Below, in pieces: positions 32,959 through 49,521 of a stretch of DNA of 64,000 bases; the first letter of the stretch is position 1, and each line of letters begins with the position of its first letter. The stretch comes from the human T2T-CHM13v2.0 reference genome, Homo sapiens. The position numbers were made by a program, and so were the translations under genes. The DNA lies in the NCBI RefSeq assembly GCF_009914755.1, contig NC_060944.1; one strand, written 5' to 3'. The notes beneath the pieces are model-generated. The model saw nothing but the letters and a program-made list of their open reading frames with translations. It had not been told where the DNA came from and searched no databases.

Positions 32959-33924
32959 ACCATGGCTCCCTCTTTGAGGGAAGAAAGGGGACCCAGGGGG
33001 CTCCCCGGCCACCCTGCTCCCATCCTCCCTGATGGCCACAGGCTCCCAGCAGCCCTTGATGGCACCTTCATCCATCTTCTGCCAGACACACAGAACTGGC
33101 TCGCTTACCCGGGAAGCAGGCACTTAAGGAGGCGCTTCCCCGCTTTCTCTTTTAATTTTCGTTACATAAATTTCACATTTCCTGGAATAGAGAGCTTGAA
33201 TGTCTGGACTCATTTGGAAATCGAGTCAGCAAAGGGCCTCATTTATATTAATGGGGACTCGAGCCTGACTTGAGACGTGGCAGAGACAAGGATGGATGGC
33301 AGCAGCTCCTAGGCCCAGCCATCCAGGCTGAGCTCAGACACTGCCTTGAGAAGCAGATGCCTCCAGATTTAGGCTGGGACTGTTCTCGTTGTGTGGGGAG
33401 CTCCTGGATGCAAGGGCGGTGTTGTCACCCCTCCCCCACTGAAACTTCCCAATGGCTGCTCACTCTCTCAGAGGGAACTCCAGTCTGCTTATCCTGCTTG
33501 ACAAGGGGCTGCGTGATGGACCCCTGCTAACCTCCCTGCTCCTGCCCACCACTCTCCTCCCTCATCCTTCTTCAGTCTGGCTGGCCTCCTGAGAGCATTC
33601 CTGCCTCAGGGCCTTTGCACTTGCCGTGCTCTCTGCCTGAAAGGTTGTTCTCCTAGCTCATCCCGTGGCTAGCTCCTTCCATGGCTTGTCTCACAGACAG
33701 CACCTCAGGGAGGCCTTCCTTGATTGCCCATCTGGAGAAACACTCTCCAGTTACTCTGTATCACACCCATTTCATTTTCTCCATCACACTGAGCAATAGT
33801 TTGTATTTTCTTGTTTACTTATTTGCCTATTTATTTATTGGCTGTCTTTCCCATGAGAGTATAAACCCCATTAGAGCACAGACTACGTGTCTCCTTCAGC
33901 TTTGTCCCCCTAGGATCTGGCTCA

Positions 33925-34365
<441 letters not shown>

Positions 34366-34726
34366 CAAGACAAGATTGTTGGCTGCATGGAACTCGTGGT
34401 CTGGCGCAGAGAGGAAAACACCATAGTAACGAACATTTATTGAGTGTGACAAGGATTTTACAAAGAGACATCACATTTAATCCTAACTACAGCCCTTGGA
34501 ACTATTATTTGTACCAGTTCATGAGGCACAGAGAGGTGAAATAGCTTGCTCAAGGCCATACAGTTAGAAAACAGAGGAGCCAAGATTGTGGCCAGGCCAT
34601 CCGGCTCCCCACTCTGCTGGTTTAACAAGCTCACTGAAGCCACTGGGAGTTAAAGCCTTGTGCTGTGAAACCTGTGATGGGGGAGGCTCTGAAGGCTGTG
34701 GGAGCCCAGAAAAAGCACCTGACCTA

Positions 34727-34804
34727 TTAGGCTGGTGCAAAAGTAATTGTGGTTCTTGCCATTGAAAGTGATGGCAAGAACTGCAATTGCTTTTCACAAC
34801 CTAA
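34727..34804. mobile_element. MADE1 (Hsmar1-derived MITE)
   Basis: 78-bp palindrome ttaggctggtgcaaaagtaattg...caattgcttttcacaacctaa flanked by TA target duplications (34725-34726, 34805-34806). Confidence 0.93.
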
Positions 34805-35406
34805 TAGCTTTTGATAGGAGAAAAGATGAGCAAAGCCTCCTGAAAGATGCAGTACCTTAGTTGTGTCTAGAATGTATTTATTTTTAACTTTACATTATAG
34901 CTTAAGAACTTTTAATATCTCCATGCTGTCCACAGTTAAAATTTTAAGTAATGCATATTATTCCAGTGAGAGGCAGCACCATCCATCACTGTTGGGGAGT
35001 TTCATGCTTGCAATTTTGAGGTTCTCTTTAATGCTTTGAGGACCAACACCCTGGACTTACTGGAGTAATGTAGCGCTCAGGTTTCGGCTCCTCCCTTTAC
35101 TTGGCTCTGAGGATTCTACATGCCTGGAACAAGGCACATCTCCAAAGTCACTAACGTGGCTAGATAATGGATAACTAGAAGTGCCTGCCCCCTCCACCAT
35201 CCTTGTCTTGATGCCAGGTGAGATCCAGGCTCCTCTGCCCCAAGAAGGGCTGAGCTTACATTATCTCCAGCTCAGCAGGTCCTTGGAAATTAGGTTGTTT
35301 TAAGGAAATAAAGAAATGTGATATTTCAACAAGACACTAGGAACAGCGGTTGCCTCTGCAGAGGGAAACTGGGTGGCCAAAGGATGGGGTAAGAGGGAAA
35401 TTTTCG

Positions 35407-35709
35407 GGCCAGGCGCTGTGGCTCACACCTGTAATCCCAGCACTTTGGGAGGCTGAGGCGAGTGGATCCCTTGAACTGAGTCCAGGAATTCGAGACCAGC
35501 CTGGACAACATGGCCAAACCCTGTCTCTACAAAAAAGCCCTTCAAAATTAGCTGGGTCTGGTGGTGCATGCCTGTAGTCCCAGCTACCTAGGAGGCTGAG
35601 CTTGGAGGATCACCTAAGCCTGAGAATTTGAGGCTCCAATGAGCTGTAGTTGCACCACTGCACTCCAGCCTGGGTGACAGAGACCCTGTCTCAAAGAAAA
35701 AAAAAAAAA
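35407..35709 (+). mobile_element. AluJ
   Basis: Dimeric Alu. Confidence 0.9.
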
Positions 35710-36002
35710 GGAGATTTTCTTTGCAGATCCTTTTATATCTTTCCCATTGGGCACCACGTGAAATTATTACCGAGTTTAAAAAAAACTTTTTTTTAAAAAA
35801 TGTAGAAGTTAATGTATTATTTCTGCATATCGGTCTGTGGACTAAGCTTTATACGATGCATTCATTCTCTTTATTTACCTCAAATGTGGGAAGTAGCTAT
35901 TATTGCCTCTTCCTGACAACAACAAAAAAAGCCTGAGGACTGGAGATGGGCTGTGCCTTGCCCAAGGTCACATGGTGAATTAGTGCCAGAACTGAGACTC
36001 CA

Positions 36003-36310
<308 letters not shown>

Positions 36311-36560
36311 GAATTGAGACTCTACTCCAGGCCTTCTAACCTGTCCAGGGGGTCTCCACTTCTCCAGGTACCTCTTCCTTTACTGGCGGAAGCCATGCCG
36401 AGGTGTGGACAGAGGGGTGGTGATACCTCTGTAGTTATCACCTACAGTAGGGTGGTCACACGTCACACTGGTGTTACACAATCTGGGCTCAAATCCTGGG
36501 GCTGTCCCTGGCCTGCTGCATGACCTTAGGTAAATCACAAAACCTCTTGGGCCTTGGCTC

Positions 36561-37136
<576 letters not shown>

Positions 37137-37385
37137 GTTTTTCATCTGTAAACTAAATATTGTGGTAATTTCACAGTGTCATTGATGATAATAATTTCAT
37201 GATGACTCCTTTGATGATGACTTCATAGGTTGTATTTCATACGGTTGTTGCTAAGAAATTAGCAAATGCTAATTAGTGCTTGGAGCAGTGTCTGGCACCC
37301 AGTAGATTCTGAGTAAATGTTAACTGGTTTGATTATATGTTCTTTGTTATTTCTGGCACTGTGAGATGCTGAGCCTGAACAATAG

Positions 37386-37690
<305 letters not shown>

Positions 37691-38935
37691 ATAGATACCC
37701 ATTAAGGAACATAGCTAGGCCCCAGGCTGCAGTGGGATAATAGAGATGGTTAGGATGAGAGCTACCGCTATTGAACACTCACTCAATGCCTGTTCATAAG
37801 CACTTCATATCCTTCCATCGAAGCCTCAGCAGCAGCCCTTTGAGGTAGATGCTATTATTTCCCCATTTGACAGACTAGAAAATCAAGGTGCAGAGAGAGA
37901 CAATGACTGGCCCTAAATCACACACCGAAGAAGTGGGGTAGCCAGGATCTGAACTCAGATGTTTCAGACCCCAAAGTTTCTATTCTGAACCACTAGGCTG
38001 AGCTGCAGCTTGGCTCCCCATCCCCCACGCCCACCCCTGACACAAAGCTTATCTTTTCCCTTTACCAATTTCCTGCTTATTAGTACAGAGTTAATTGCCC
38101 ACACATCTGAGTGCAATCATTAGTTCATTCACCTCCTATCTGCAGAATGTCAAACTCCTTTGCACTCGGGAGACTGGAGAGTAGATTCCTTTAGAAGTTT
38201 GTTCTTGTGATTCACGTTCCCTCTCCCAGGCTATCCCCTTCAATAGCTAGGATTGGGAATAAGAATGCACACATGTACAGAAAAGCACAGAAACATCTGC
38301 CCTGCCTTAGTTCCCTACAGGGTCTCATCAGAGGTGGTTTCATTAGCCCCAACCCTTTGCAGCCTGGCACCTTCAGACATGCCACCAGCTGGCTCTCCTA
38401 ATATTTGCTGTGGGGCCATGTGATCATCAGGAGGGATAGGTCCTCAAACAGGCGATGAGCTCAGGACATGGGCATTGCCACACCTGTTCCTCTCCCCAAG
38501 GAGGGGGGAAAGCTGTGCAGTCACAGACAACGTGGCCTTTTATAAGCTTGAATGTGATGTGCATACTTGTGCATGGGCAGGAGAGCAGACAGGGACCAAG
38601 CCAAGGCTGACAGGGATCAGAGGGAAGGACAGGGGTGTTTGCGGGTGCCTGCAATGTGGCAGTGGCTGAGCTGGGCCTGTGTGCCTGTACACCATTGTGT
38701 TTCAGATATTTTTGACTGTCAAGTTGCAGGAAGAAGTATATTTTGCAGCATGACCTGTAACACACACACATGCACACACAATTGACATGAAAGTTTCATG
38801 AATCTGTACTTACCTTTTATGAGCAATGCATGCTGACTTTGATTCGATTCTAGTTTATTCTACTCCAGTCTATTTTATTCTTTCATTACAAAATTGCTAG
38901 TCATGACCCATGAAATATGTCAAAACCCCCAAATG

Positions 38936-40083
38936 CAGGAGTTCATAATCTGGGTCTACAAACTTGTATAGAACAAAACGATATAATTTTATTTTCACTG
39001 ACCTCTAGTTGAAATACAGCACTTCCTTTAGGTATGAATATAGGCAACAAATCATAGTAATATGTTTCATAGTAATTATGTTTCACACACACAAAAATCA
39101 CAGGCTGGGAGTGGTGGCATGCACCTGCAGTCCCAGCTACTCAGGAGGCTGAGGTGGGAGGATCGTTTGAGCCCAGGAGTTCAAGGCTGCAGTGAACTAT
39201 GATCACGCCATTGCACTTCAGCTGGAGCGACAGAGTAAGATCTTGTCTCTAGAAGAAAAATCACAGATTGTTTTGTATCTCGTTATGTTTGTTGCAGATG
39301 TCTCAAAATAACATTTATGATCTTCACTACCTCAAAATTGTGGTCGTTACTAATTGCTGGAACTTTTTATTTATTTGAGACAGGGTCTCGCTGTGTCATC
39401 CAGGCTGGAGTTCAGTGGCTCAGTCATAGCTCATTGGAGCCTTGAATTCCTGGCCTCAAGTGATCCTCCTGCCTCAGCCTCCCAAAGTGCTAGGATTACA
39501 GGTGTGAGCACCAGGCCTGGCCCGATCTTGTTATTTAATTTGTTAATAAAGAAGCACTTGTATTACTACATCACACATCTAAAATATTTTGAAAATTGCA
39601 TTTCAGTAGGTTTCCTTTGTAAACCTATGTATTTGGCTAAGTGCAGTGGCTCACACCCATAATCCCAGCACTTGGGAGGCCGAGGCAGGAAAATTGCTTG
39701 AGGCCAGGAGTTCGGAGAGCAGCTTGGGCAACATAGTGAGACCCTGTTTCTACAAAATTGATAAGAGACCCCGTCTTTTAAAAAATAACTGGGTGTGGTG
39801 GCAAGCCCCTGTAGTCCCTGCTACCTGGGAGGCTGAGGTGGGAGGATCACTTGACCAGAAAGACTGAGACTGCAGTGAGCCGTGATCATGCCACTGCATT
39901 CCTGCCTAGGTGACAGAGTGAGACCCTGTCTCTTTAAAAAAAAAAAAAGAAAAAAAAAGGAGCGTGAGGAAAAAAAACCCTTATGTATTGGCATTTAAAT
40001 ATTATTCTGAGTCTGAGAAGGGGGTCTGTGGGTTTCACTGGATTTGTGAGAGGGTCCATGGCACACAGAGTTTGAGAGCTGCT
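38936..40083 (+). mobile_element. hAT-Charlie (MER119-like) element split by three Alus (39102-39255 +, 39365-39522 -, 39634-39958 +)
   Basis: Termini caggagttcataatctgggtc / gggtccatggcacacagagtttgagagctgctg. TSD aaaaatcacag around the first Alu monomer. Confidence 0.65.
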
Positions 40084-40306
40084 GCCCCAGTGAGTCCTGA
40101 TACACAGTTCATGAAACGCTACCCCATGCTGAAAGCTCTTGGGGGGCAGAGCTCCGGAGTCTTGAACCTCGAGCCCAGCATGGAAATCACATCGGTGGCC
40201 AATGTTTCCATAGCACATATGGTGCCAGCCTCTGTACGAGGCCCTTCACATGGATTATTTCTTTTAATCTTTACACCAACTCTTGTGTGAGGGGTACTAT
40301 TCTTAG

Positions 40307-41163
<857 letters not shown>

Positions 41164-41483
41164 CTGTAATATTTAAAAAAATAAAAAATAATGCCCCAAA
41201 CCCATAAACAAAATATCAACATTTCAAGTAAAGATAGGATCCAACCTCCTGCATGTGTACATTACTGCCTGGATCTCCTTATCCTGTTACTGGTCCTGAG
41301 GGGCTTAAAACCTAACGGTTGCTAAAGTGAATTAGTCTCATTTTGCAGATGGGGACATTGAAGCAAGGATGCTAAAGACCCCCTCGGTGCCAATAGCCAG
41401 TAAGTGGAGCAGTTAGGATTTTGAACTCAGGCAATTGAGTTCCAGCCCCATCTTTCTTAAACCCTGCACAGCCAGCCTCATGA

Positions 41484-41898
<415 letters not shown>

Positions 41899-42387
41899 TC
41901 AATGCTCTGTACACAGATTAAAGAGGGCAGAGGGGACTGGAAGGGGATCAGAATGTGGCTACTTCATTAGGTGGGTCCACTGTGGGTGTGTCTGAGAAAG
42001 AGTGGGGAGACCGGGATGTTAGAGCAGGCACCCTTGGGTGAGAGCTGTGGGAGATGAAATAGAGAAGCATGCAGGAGCCAGTGGATGTAAGTATTTGCAG
42101 ACCAAGCCAGGGACTTTGGACTTTATTTAACACGTAACAGAAAGCCTTTGGAAGGTTTTGATGGCAAAGTGACATGATCAGACTGACAGCTTGACAGGAC
42201 CCCTCTGGCCATTATGTTGAGAAGAACCTGAAAGATCAAGGGCAGAAATAGGGAAGCTGGTCTGGACGTGGTACAATATGAAGGCAATAAACAATGGTGG
42301 CCTGGCCCCAAGCTGCAGCAGTGGAGGAGCAAGAAATGCAGATCCCAGATCTATTTTGAAGGCAGAGCCCAGAGGAACGGCTGACAA

Positions 42388-42659
42388 GCCATTCATTTCA
42401 GCACTGTTTGTTATAGCAAAAGTTGAAAGCAACTTGAACGTTCAGGAGTAGGAGACTGGCAATTACCATGTATAATAGAACACAACATAGGCTTATGAAA
42501 GAATGAGGAGGCTCTTCGTGTATTAATACAGAATGATTTCCAAGATACATTAAATGAAAAAAGCAAGATGCAGAGCAGTGTATATGGCACTCTTACTATT
42601 TGTATGGGGTAAAATCAAAGCAAAACAAAACAACACACGCACGCTACACATCGGTTATA

Positions 42660-42706
<47 letters not shown>

Positions 42707-42810
42707 AAAAATGATCTCTGGAAGGATACGTGAGAAACTGGCGGCCTCTAGGGACAGGGGGACAGGGGTCCAGGGGTATAAGGGAAATTTCACTTTTCAT
42801 TGCATCTTTT
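42388..42810 (+). mobile_element. L1ME 3' fragment containing (TG)n at 42664-42702
   Basis: cagcactgtttgttatagcaaaa ... aaatgaaaaaagcaagatgcaga. Confidence 0.65.
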
Positions 42811-42829
42811 GGATTTGAGATTTTGTGCC

Positions 42830-43032
42830 TCTTCTCAACTGGAGGTGATGTCCCCCAGGGGACATCTAGCAATTTCTGGAGACATTTTTGGTTGTTGCAA
42901 CTGGGGGGAGGTATTACTGGCATCTGGTGAGTAGAGGTCAGAGATGTTGCTAAACACCCTGCAGTGCCCAGGGCAGACCCCACAACAGAGCAAGAGCTGG
43001 CCCTAAATGTCAGTAGTGCTGAATTTGAGAAG
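42830..43032 (+). mobile_element. MER20
   Basis: ttctcaac ... ggagacatttttggttg ... aaatgtcagtagtgctga. Confidence 0.85.
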
Positions 43033-43057
43033 GTTTGATCTATTAAAAAACATAATA

Positions 43058-43442
<385 letters not shown>

Positions 43443-43531
43443 TCAGGATGGTCTTTATTCTGAGGTTGTATATTTTATGGGTTTGATATATCCTTTGTTT
43501 TACTAAGATAATATATAGTACATGATAGTCA

Positions 43532-43789
<258 letters not shown>

Positions 43790-43844
43790 CTATGAAATCC
43801 TAAAGTCTGGAAACTACCCTTTTCACTCAATGGGCTTTTGAAAG

Positions 43845-44367
43845 GTAATGATTTTAAAATATGTCCACAAAATATTTGATCCTTTTTCCCCAAGAGGTAG
43901 AATTACCTCTCTCTAAGTGTGAACCAGATTTGGTGACTCACTGCTAACAAATAGAATTTGGTGCGAGTGATGGTTTCTGATTTCTGAGACTAGGCCACAA
44001 GACGCATTGTGCCTTTCTCCTTACCCCTCTCTCTTGGACCACTGCCCCTGGGGGATGCCAGCTTCCATGCTGTGAGGATATTCAAGAGCCCTATGGAGAA
44101 GTCCACATGGTGAGCAACTGAGGCCTCCTGCCAACAGCCAGTAAGGAACTGAGGCCTCCTCAGCCAACTTAGAGGCAGGTCTTCCATCCCAGTCAAGCAG
44201 AGGACTGCAGCTGGTGTCTTGATTGCAACCTTGTGAGAGACCCCTAGCCAGAACCACTCAGCTAAAGATGCTCCTGAATTCCTGACCCACAAAAACCATG
44301 AGATAATAAATGGTTCAACTTGCTAGAGTTTGGGGGGTAATTTGTTACACAGCAGTAGATAAATACA
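43845..44367 (+). mobile_element. MLT1 (A/E/F-like) MaLR LTR
   Basis: gagcaactgaggcctcctgccaacagcc ... taatttgttacacagcagtagataaataca. Confidence 0.8.
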
Positions 44368-44370
44368 GAA

Positions 44371-44685
44371 GGCTGGGCACAGTGGCTCATGCCTGTAATC
44401 TCTGTACTTTGAGAGGCTGAGGTGGGTGTATCACTTGAGGCCAGGAGTTCAAGACCAGCCTGGCCAACATGGCAAAACCCTGTCTCTATTAAAAAATACA
44501 AAAAATTAGCCAGGTGTGGTGGCACATGCCTGTAATCCTAGCTACTCTGGAGGCTGAGTCACGAGAATTGCTTGAACTCGGCAGGTGGAGGCTGCAGCGA
44601 GCAGAGATTGTGCCACTGCACTCCATCCTGGGCAACAGAGTGAGACTATGTTTCAAAAACAACAACAAAAAACCTCCCAAAAACA
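44371..44685 (+). mobile_element. AluS
   Basis: TSD aaata(c/t)agaa. Confidence 0.92.
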
Positions 44686-44816
44686 AATATAGAAATCTTT
44701 GAGCCCTATCAGTAAGGCAGAGATCACAGAAAGGTAGCCTATGGGCTCTGGTCTGCCTACAGATATATTTCCTTTGGCCAGTACAGGACTACAAAAAATG
44801 GAATTAATCACTAATG

Positions 44817-44951
44817 TTTATTTATTTTTATTTTTTATTTATTTTATCTTTTAGCAGAGACAGGATTTCATCATGCTGGCCAGGTTGGTCTCGAACTCCG
44901 CCTTGGCCTCCCAAAGTCCTGGGATTTCAGTTGTGAGCCACATGCCCAGCC
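44817..44951 (-). mobile_element. Alu left-arm fragment
   Basis: Antisense partial monomer with (TTTTA)n. Confidence 0.8.
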
Positions 44952-45465
44952 ATAGTTGCTAACATTTAAAAGTTGGGTATTTCCTTTAAAAATCCAGATT
45001 TCTGACTTCTCTTAGAAAGATCTAATATTGCTGGGCCCACATCCCTATGGGGTAACAACCAGCTGGAGATGAATGGTGTTCACCCCTTTAGACAGGGTGT
45101 GTGTTCTGTTTTTTATCACACTCACCACCACCCCCTTAAGTCTCTTAGTTAAGTTGCTTTACTCATTTATGTTACCTGCTCTGCCCCAGTAGTCATTTGA
45201 GCTTATGCCTTCTATTGTGAGACAGTTTTTAATGAGATGCCCAGGCATAGTTGACATGAGAACTAAATGACCAGAGTTGGAACTTTGATTCATGAATATC
45301 ATGTAGGATGGGTTACCACTGGGTTGCATAGTGGGGGTGAAAAGCCAGTTATATTTTCATGTCCTCCCTCTTCTGGGGGGAAGAGAGAAAGCTGATGCCG
45401 CCTGGAGACAGGATTCCTGATTCAAGTCCCCTTACAGCGCTTCCCATCTCGCCTCCCTGTGCCCT

Positions 45466-45511
45466 CCAAAAAATAAACTCCTCCAGGCTTGTTTTTTCCA
45501 TACCTTTTATT
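45466..45511 (-). terminator. KCNB1: Distal polyadenylation signal AATAAA (45511-45506) with downstream U-rich element
   Basis: Minus strand: AATAAA aggtatggaaaaaacaagcctggaggaGTTTATTTTTTGG. It lies at the boundary between unique and repeat-rich sequence. Confidence 0.8.
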
Positions 45512-45651
45512 GAACTCTGCAGACTTCATTAAGGGACCATTTGCTTAGAAATTCTTAAACATTTGGACATATTTTACAAGACAAGACAGCAGCTGGAGGT
45601 CACACAAAGATCACAATTTCATCTCACCACATGCATAAAAAGACACTGGGA

Positions 45652-45653
<2 letters not shown>

Positions 45654-45686
<33 letters not shown>

Positions 45687-45690
45687 GTGT
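45654..45690. repeat. (TG)n microsatellite, (CA)n in KCNB1 mRNA
   Basis: TG run with one CG interruption, ~145 nt upstream of the distal PAS in mRNA sense. Confidence 0.95.
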
Positions 45691-47817
45691 TGCGCACATG
45701 CGCAATGCTTATTTTCACCTTTACAGGAAGGACTAGAGACATTAACTGACGAGAGATGAATAGGACCCACGAATGCACCCCCGAGAAAAGAGTGGCTGAG
45801 GACATTGGTCATTTATGGCTAATGTGATTGGCTTGGCCCCTGTCAAGGGTGAGGTGATCAGAATGGCTTTACTGGCAGAAAAGCCCCAACCTCACACGAC
45901 GGGTTCCTGGGAGAGACAGGGTCTTAGCTGATGGGATCTGGGGGCATACTATCATGACGGCTTTGGGGCTCAGAAAAAAAGATCTTCGGCTCTAAAAGCT
46001 GGAGGGCAGGCTGGCCTTAATATCCAGCTGGACTCCCATGGCTCAGGGAATGCAATCCAGTTTCCAGATGTTGGCTCCTATGTTTCTGCCCCAGGAAGTC
46101 CCAGACCAAAGGAAGTCCCAACTTCGAACCCTTGGCTTAGTCCATTGGAAAACCACTTGGTGGTCCCCCCCATGGGTCGTGTGTGAGCTAAAATAGAACA
46201 TGAGGCTGAGAAATGCAGGGTAGGGGAAGAGGAAGGAGGGCAGAGCTGCTCTGTGGGCCCCCAGGAAGTGTGGCTCTGAGAGGGCTGTGGCCCTTATCAG
46301 CTTGGGGCCTACAAGCATCAAATTGAGATGTCATCTTGAGTCAAAGAAAGATGACCTTGATGGGGCAGTTATGGGTTTCAGTGGGAGAGGGGCTCCTCAT
46401 TTTTCTTCTCTTCACAGTTAGGTAGGGATTCATTAACTCCCCCATTCACTCACACATTCACGCATCCAGTCATCCACTCAGAGGCCAACCAGTCACACAT
46501 TCACTCACTCACAAAAACACAGGTTGGATGACCATCATGTGCCAGCGGCATAGGTTGGGGATAACCCTGAGTTCCTGGTGCAGAAAATAAGATTCTCAGT
46601 TTTTGACCTTGGATTGAGAAGGACCTATGAAATCAAGATAGACCTGGAGAATCCTCCCTGTCCCCACCCACTCAGGCACACTCAGCTCAACCAAGAGGGA
46701 GGCCCAAACCCCAGTGAAGCCCAAGGGGCAGAGCCAAGCTGTGGATATGTCAGAGTTTCTTGGGCATCTTCTCTGCTGCCTGCCTCTTTCCAATCTTGGT
46801 TCAGATCAGGGAAGCAGGAAGTATGGGAAGATCCCTGCATGGCCCCTTGAGGGCATCCTAATGGGACGGAATTGGGAGTTTCTTATATTTTCATGAAATA
46901 TCCTATTTTTGTCTCCTTGTGTTGTTGCAACTTGAGTGATTCTGCAGGGCAGAGCCTCCAGTGAGGAGTTGGGAGGAATCTTGAAAACTGGTTTTTATTT
47001 TATTTTGGTTTCAGAGGAAGGCGGCTGCTCATTCTACCCATCCAAACATATCATCCTGCCCAACCTCATACTAAAACAACCAAAGACAAACCAGTCTTCG
47101 GTTCACCCTGAGGTTGAAGTCTCACTTTCTCCCAATCCACCATACATAAACCCTCTCTTGTCAAATGCTTTCCTTAGAGAATGCAGTATGCAGGATGATT
47201 TGGGATGGAGGCCACAGCTGCAGGAGAGTGGCATTCTGCTTGGAGGCAGCCAAGAGCCTGGTTTTGCTGTGAAACTGGATTAAAAGCTGCCTTTCTCTTT
47301 TGACCCTTCTGGATTTTTTTCATTGACGGGGACTTTCAAAGGTCTTGAGTGGGGTCTCTTATTTGATTTACCAAAAAAACAAGCCCTTTTGGAATGGAGC
47401 CATTTGCTATTGCCTGGGAAGTTGTTCATTGTGGGGATGGCTAGTGGGGAACAGATATCATTGCATCTTTTATACAGAAAGCCCCAGGCTCATGAGGGCA
47501 CAGGAGCTGGGCGGAGGGGCTGAAGCACCATAAGACAGCCAGCCAGGGATGGGGGACAGCGTGGATTGCTCCTTGGCTGGCCTGGGGAAGGGTAGCATGA
47601 GTCTCATCCCAATGTGGTGCCTGGTAGGCCACTGGGGATGGGTTGGATTGGTGACTGACAGTCATTAAAATGTTCCAAGACGGAGCCGGAAGGAAGCAGA
47701 CTTGTCTCTTGGACACCCCCTCTGAGAGCTCCAAAGCCCAGAAGTTGCATTCCTGCTAATTGTGCTGCATGCCTTTGCCTCAGTGGCTTGAGCTTATATC
47801 CAGAGTGTTGAAACCAC

Positions 47818-47819
<2 letters not shown>

Positions 47820-47859
<40 letters not shown>
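47820..47859. repeat. (AC)20 microsatellite, (GU)20 in KCNB1 mRNA
   Basis: Perfect dinucleotide run in the 3' UTR. Confidence 0.97.
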
Positions 47860-47861
<2 letters not shown>

Positions 47862-49097
47862 CAAGAAACAAAGAGGAATTTCTGTGGTTGTTCAGCCCAG
47901 TTTCCATGCAATGCTAGGGCCCCTCTGCAATGCCCATTTTTTACACCATCTAGCCAGCCTCTCTTTAAACACCTGTGATATAAGGGAGCTCACTGTCCAC
48001 CATGGCATTGAGCTCCATGGTCAGACAACCCAGCCTGTTAGGAGGGCTTCCTTAATTTGAGCTGCAATTGACCCCATCCCTTTCATACAATAGAAATTTT
48101 CGGAGAACTTGCATACAGCCAGCTGGCAGCTAAGTTTTTTTCTTCAGGTGCACTGCCCCACTCCACCCCATCCTGGCCAGCCTTTAGGAGATCTTTTCAG
48201 GATCTTTGGAGGGAGGAACAGAGAATTAGGTTTATAAGTGAAGATGAGGGTTCCCTCGATTAACAGAGCCCTACCCAAATTCAAGTTGGCATTTGGGGTA
48301 GTTCAGGAGAAATTCTAGGTTAAGATAAAATCAGGGAGAGTGGATGGAAATGCAAACTATATAACCTCTTTCTTGATGAAAACAGCAACAGCCATAGGCA
48401 ACAGTGTTTGCTTATCTGGGCATCAAACCCAGGAAACTACTGGCAGACTTTTTTTTGTTTTGTTTTTTTGCTTTTGTGCAGAGGAAAAAAAAATCTTGTC
48501 TGTTTTATTTGACTCTGGTTCAAACCAGACTATCAGAGGTTTTCGGGGTGGGAGAACTCTGATCAGGGTCATAGTCCAGAATAATAAAATTCATATTTGA
48601 GTTGGCTTCCTCTTGGGAGTTATCTGATGGGATGGCTCACTGCCATCTGAGGGTCCCAGTTTGGCTCAAATTTCTGATTCTAGGCAGAGCCCCAAGCCCT
48701 GCAGCTGACAGTGAGGTGGGTGGTATACCAAAACCTAAACGAATGCAAGTTGGAGATTATCTGGGCTTTCTTCATCTTCCTGCATGAGTTGACGGATGGA
48801 GAATCACTTTCTGCTGAAGATCCTGCCTAGTGAGATGTCCTCCGCCCACCCAGGACTGAAAACTGCCTCTGGAATTAATTATCAGGACAGTCCAAAAACT
48901 CCCCCAGGCGTGGATAGGTGGAAGCTGGAAAACTGCCCCTGTCCTTGCCACACACCTCCTGCTCTATGGAGCCAGGCAGCTGGCAAGGGAAGGGGAGATG
49001 AGCTAGCAGATTCGGGGACATCTCTTCTCAGGGTTTGGCTGCAAGGGTGTCTGGCCACTGTTTTTTGGTGAAGCTGTTAGAAATGGATTGAAATGGA

Positions 49098-49521
<424 letters not shown>

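Noticed and set aside
45691-45704. NRF1-like TGCGCACATGCGCA
   Set aside because: Two extra bases between the half-sites, and it is explained as decay of the adjacent (TG)n.
47521-47565. REST/NRSE-like AGCACC...GACAGC in the UTR
   Set aside because: Wrong spacer and mismatches in both half-sites.
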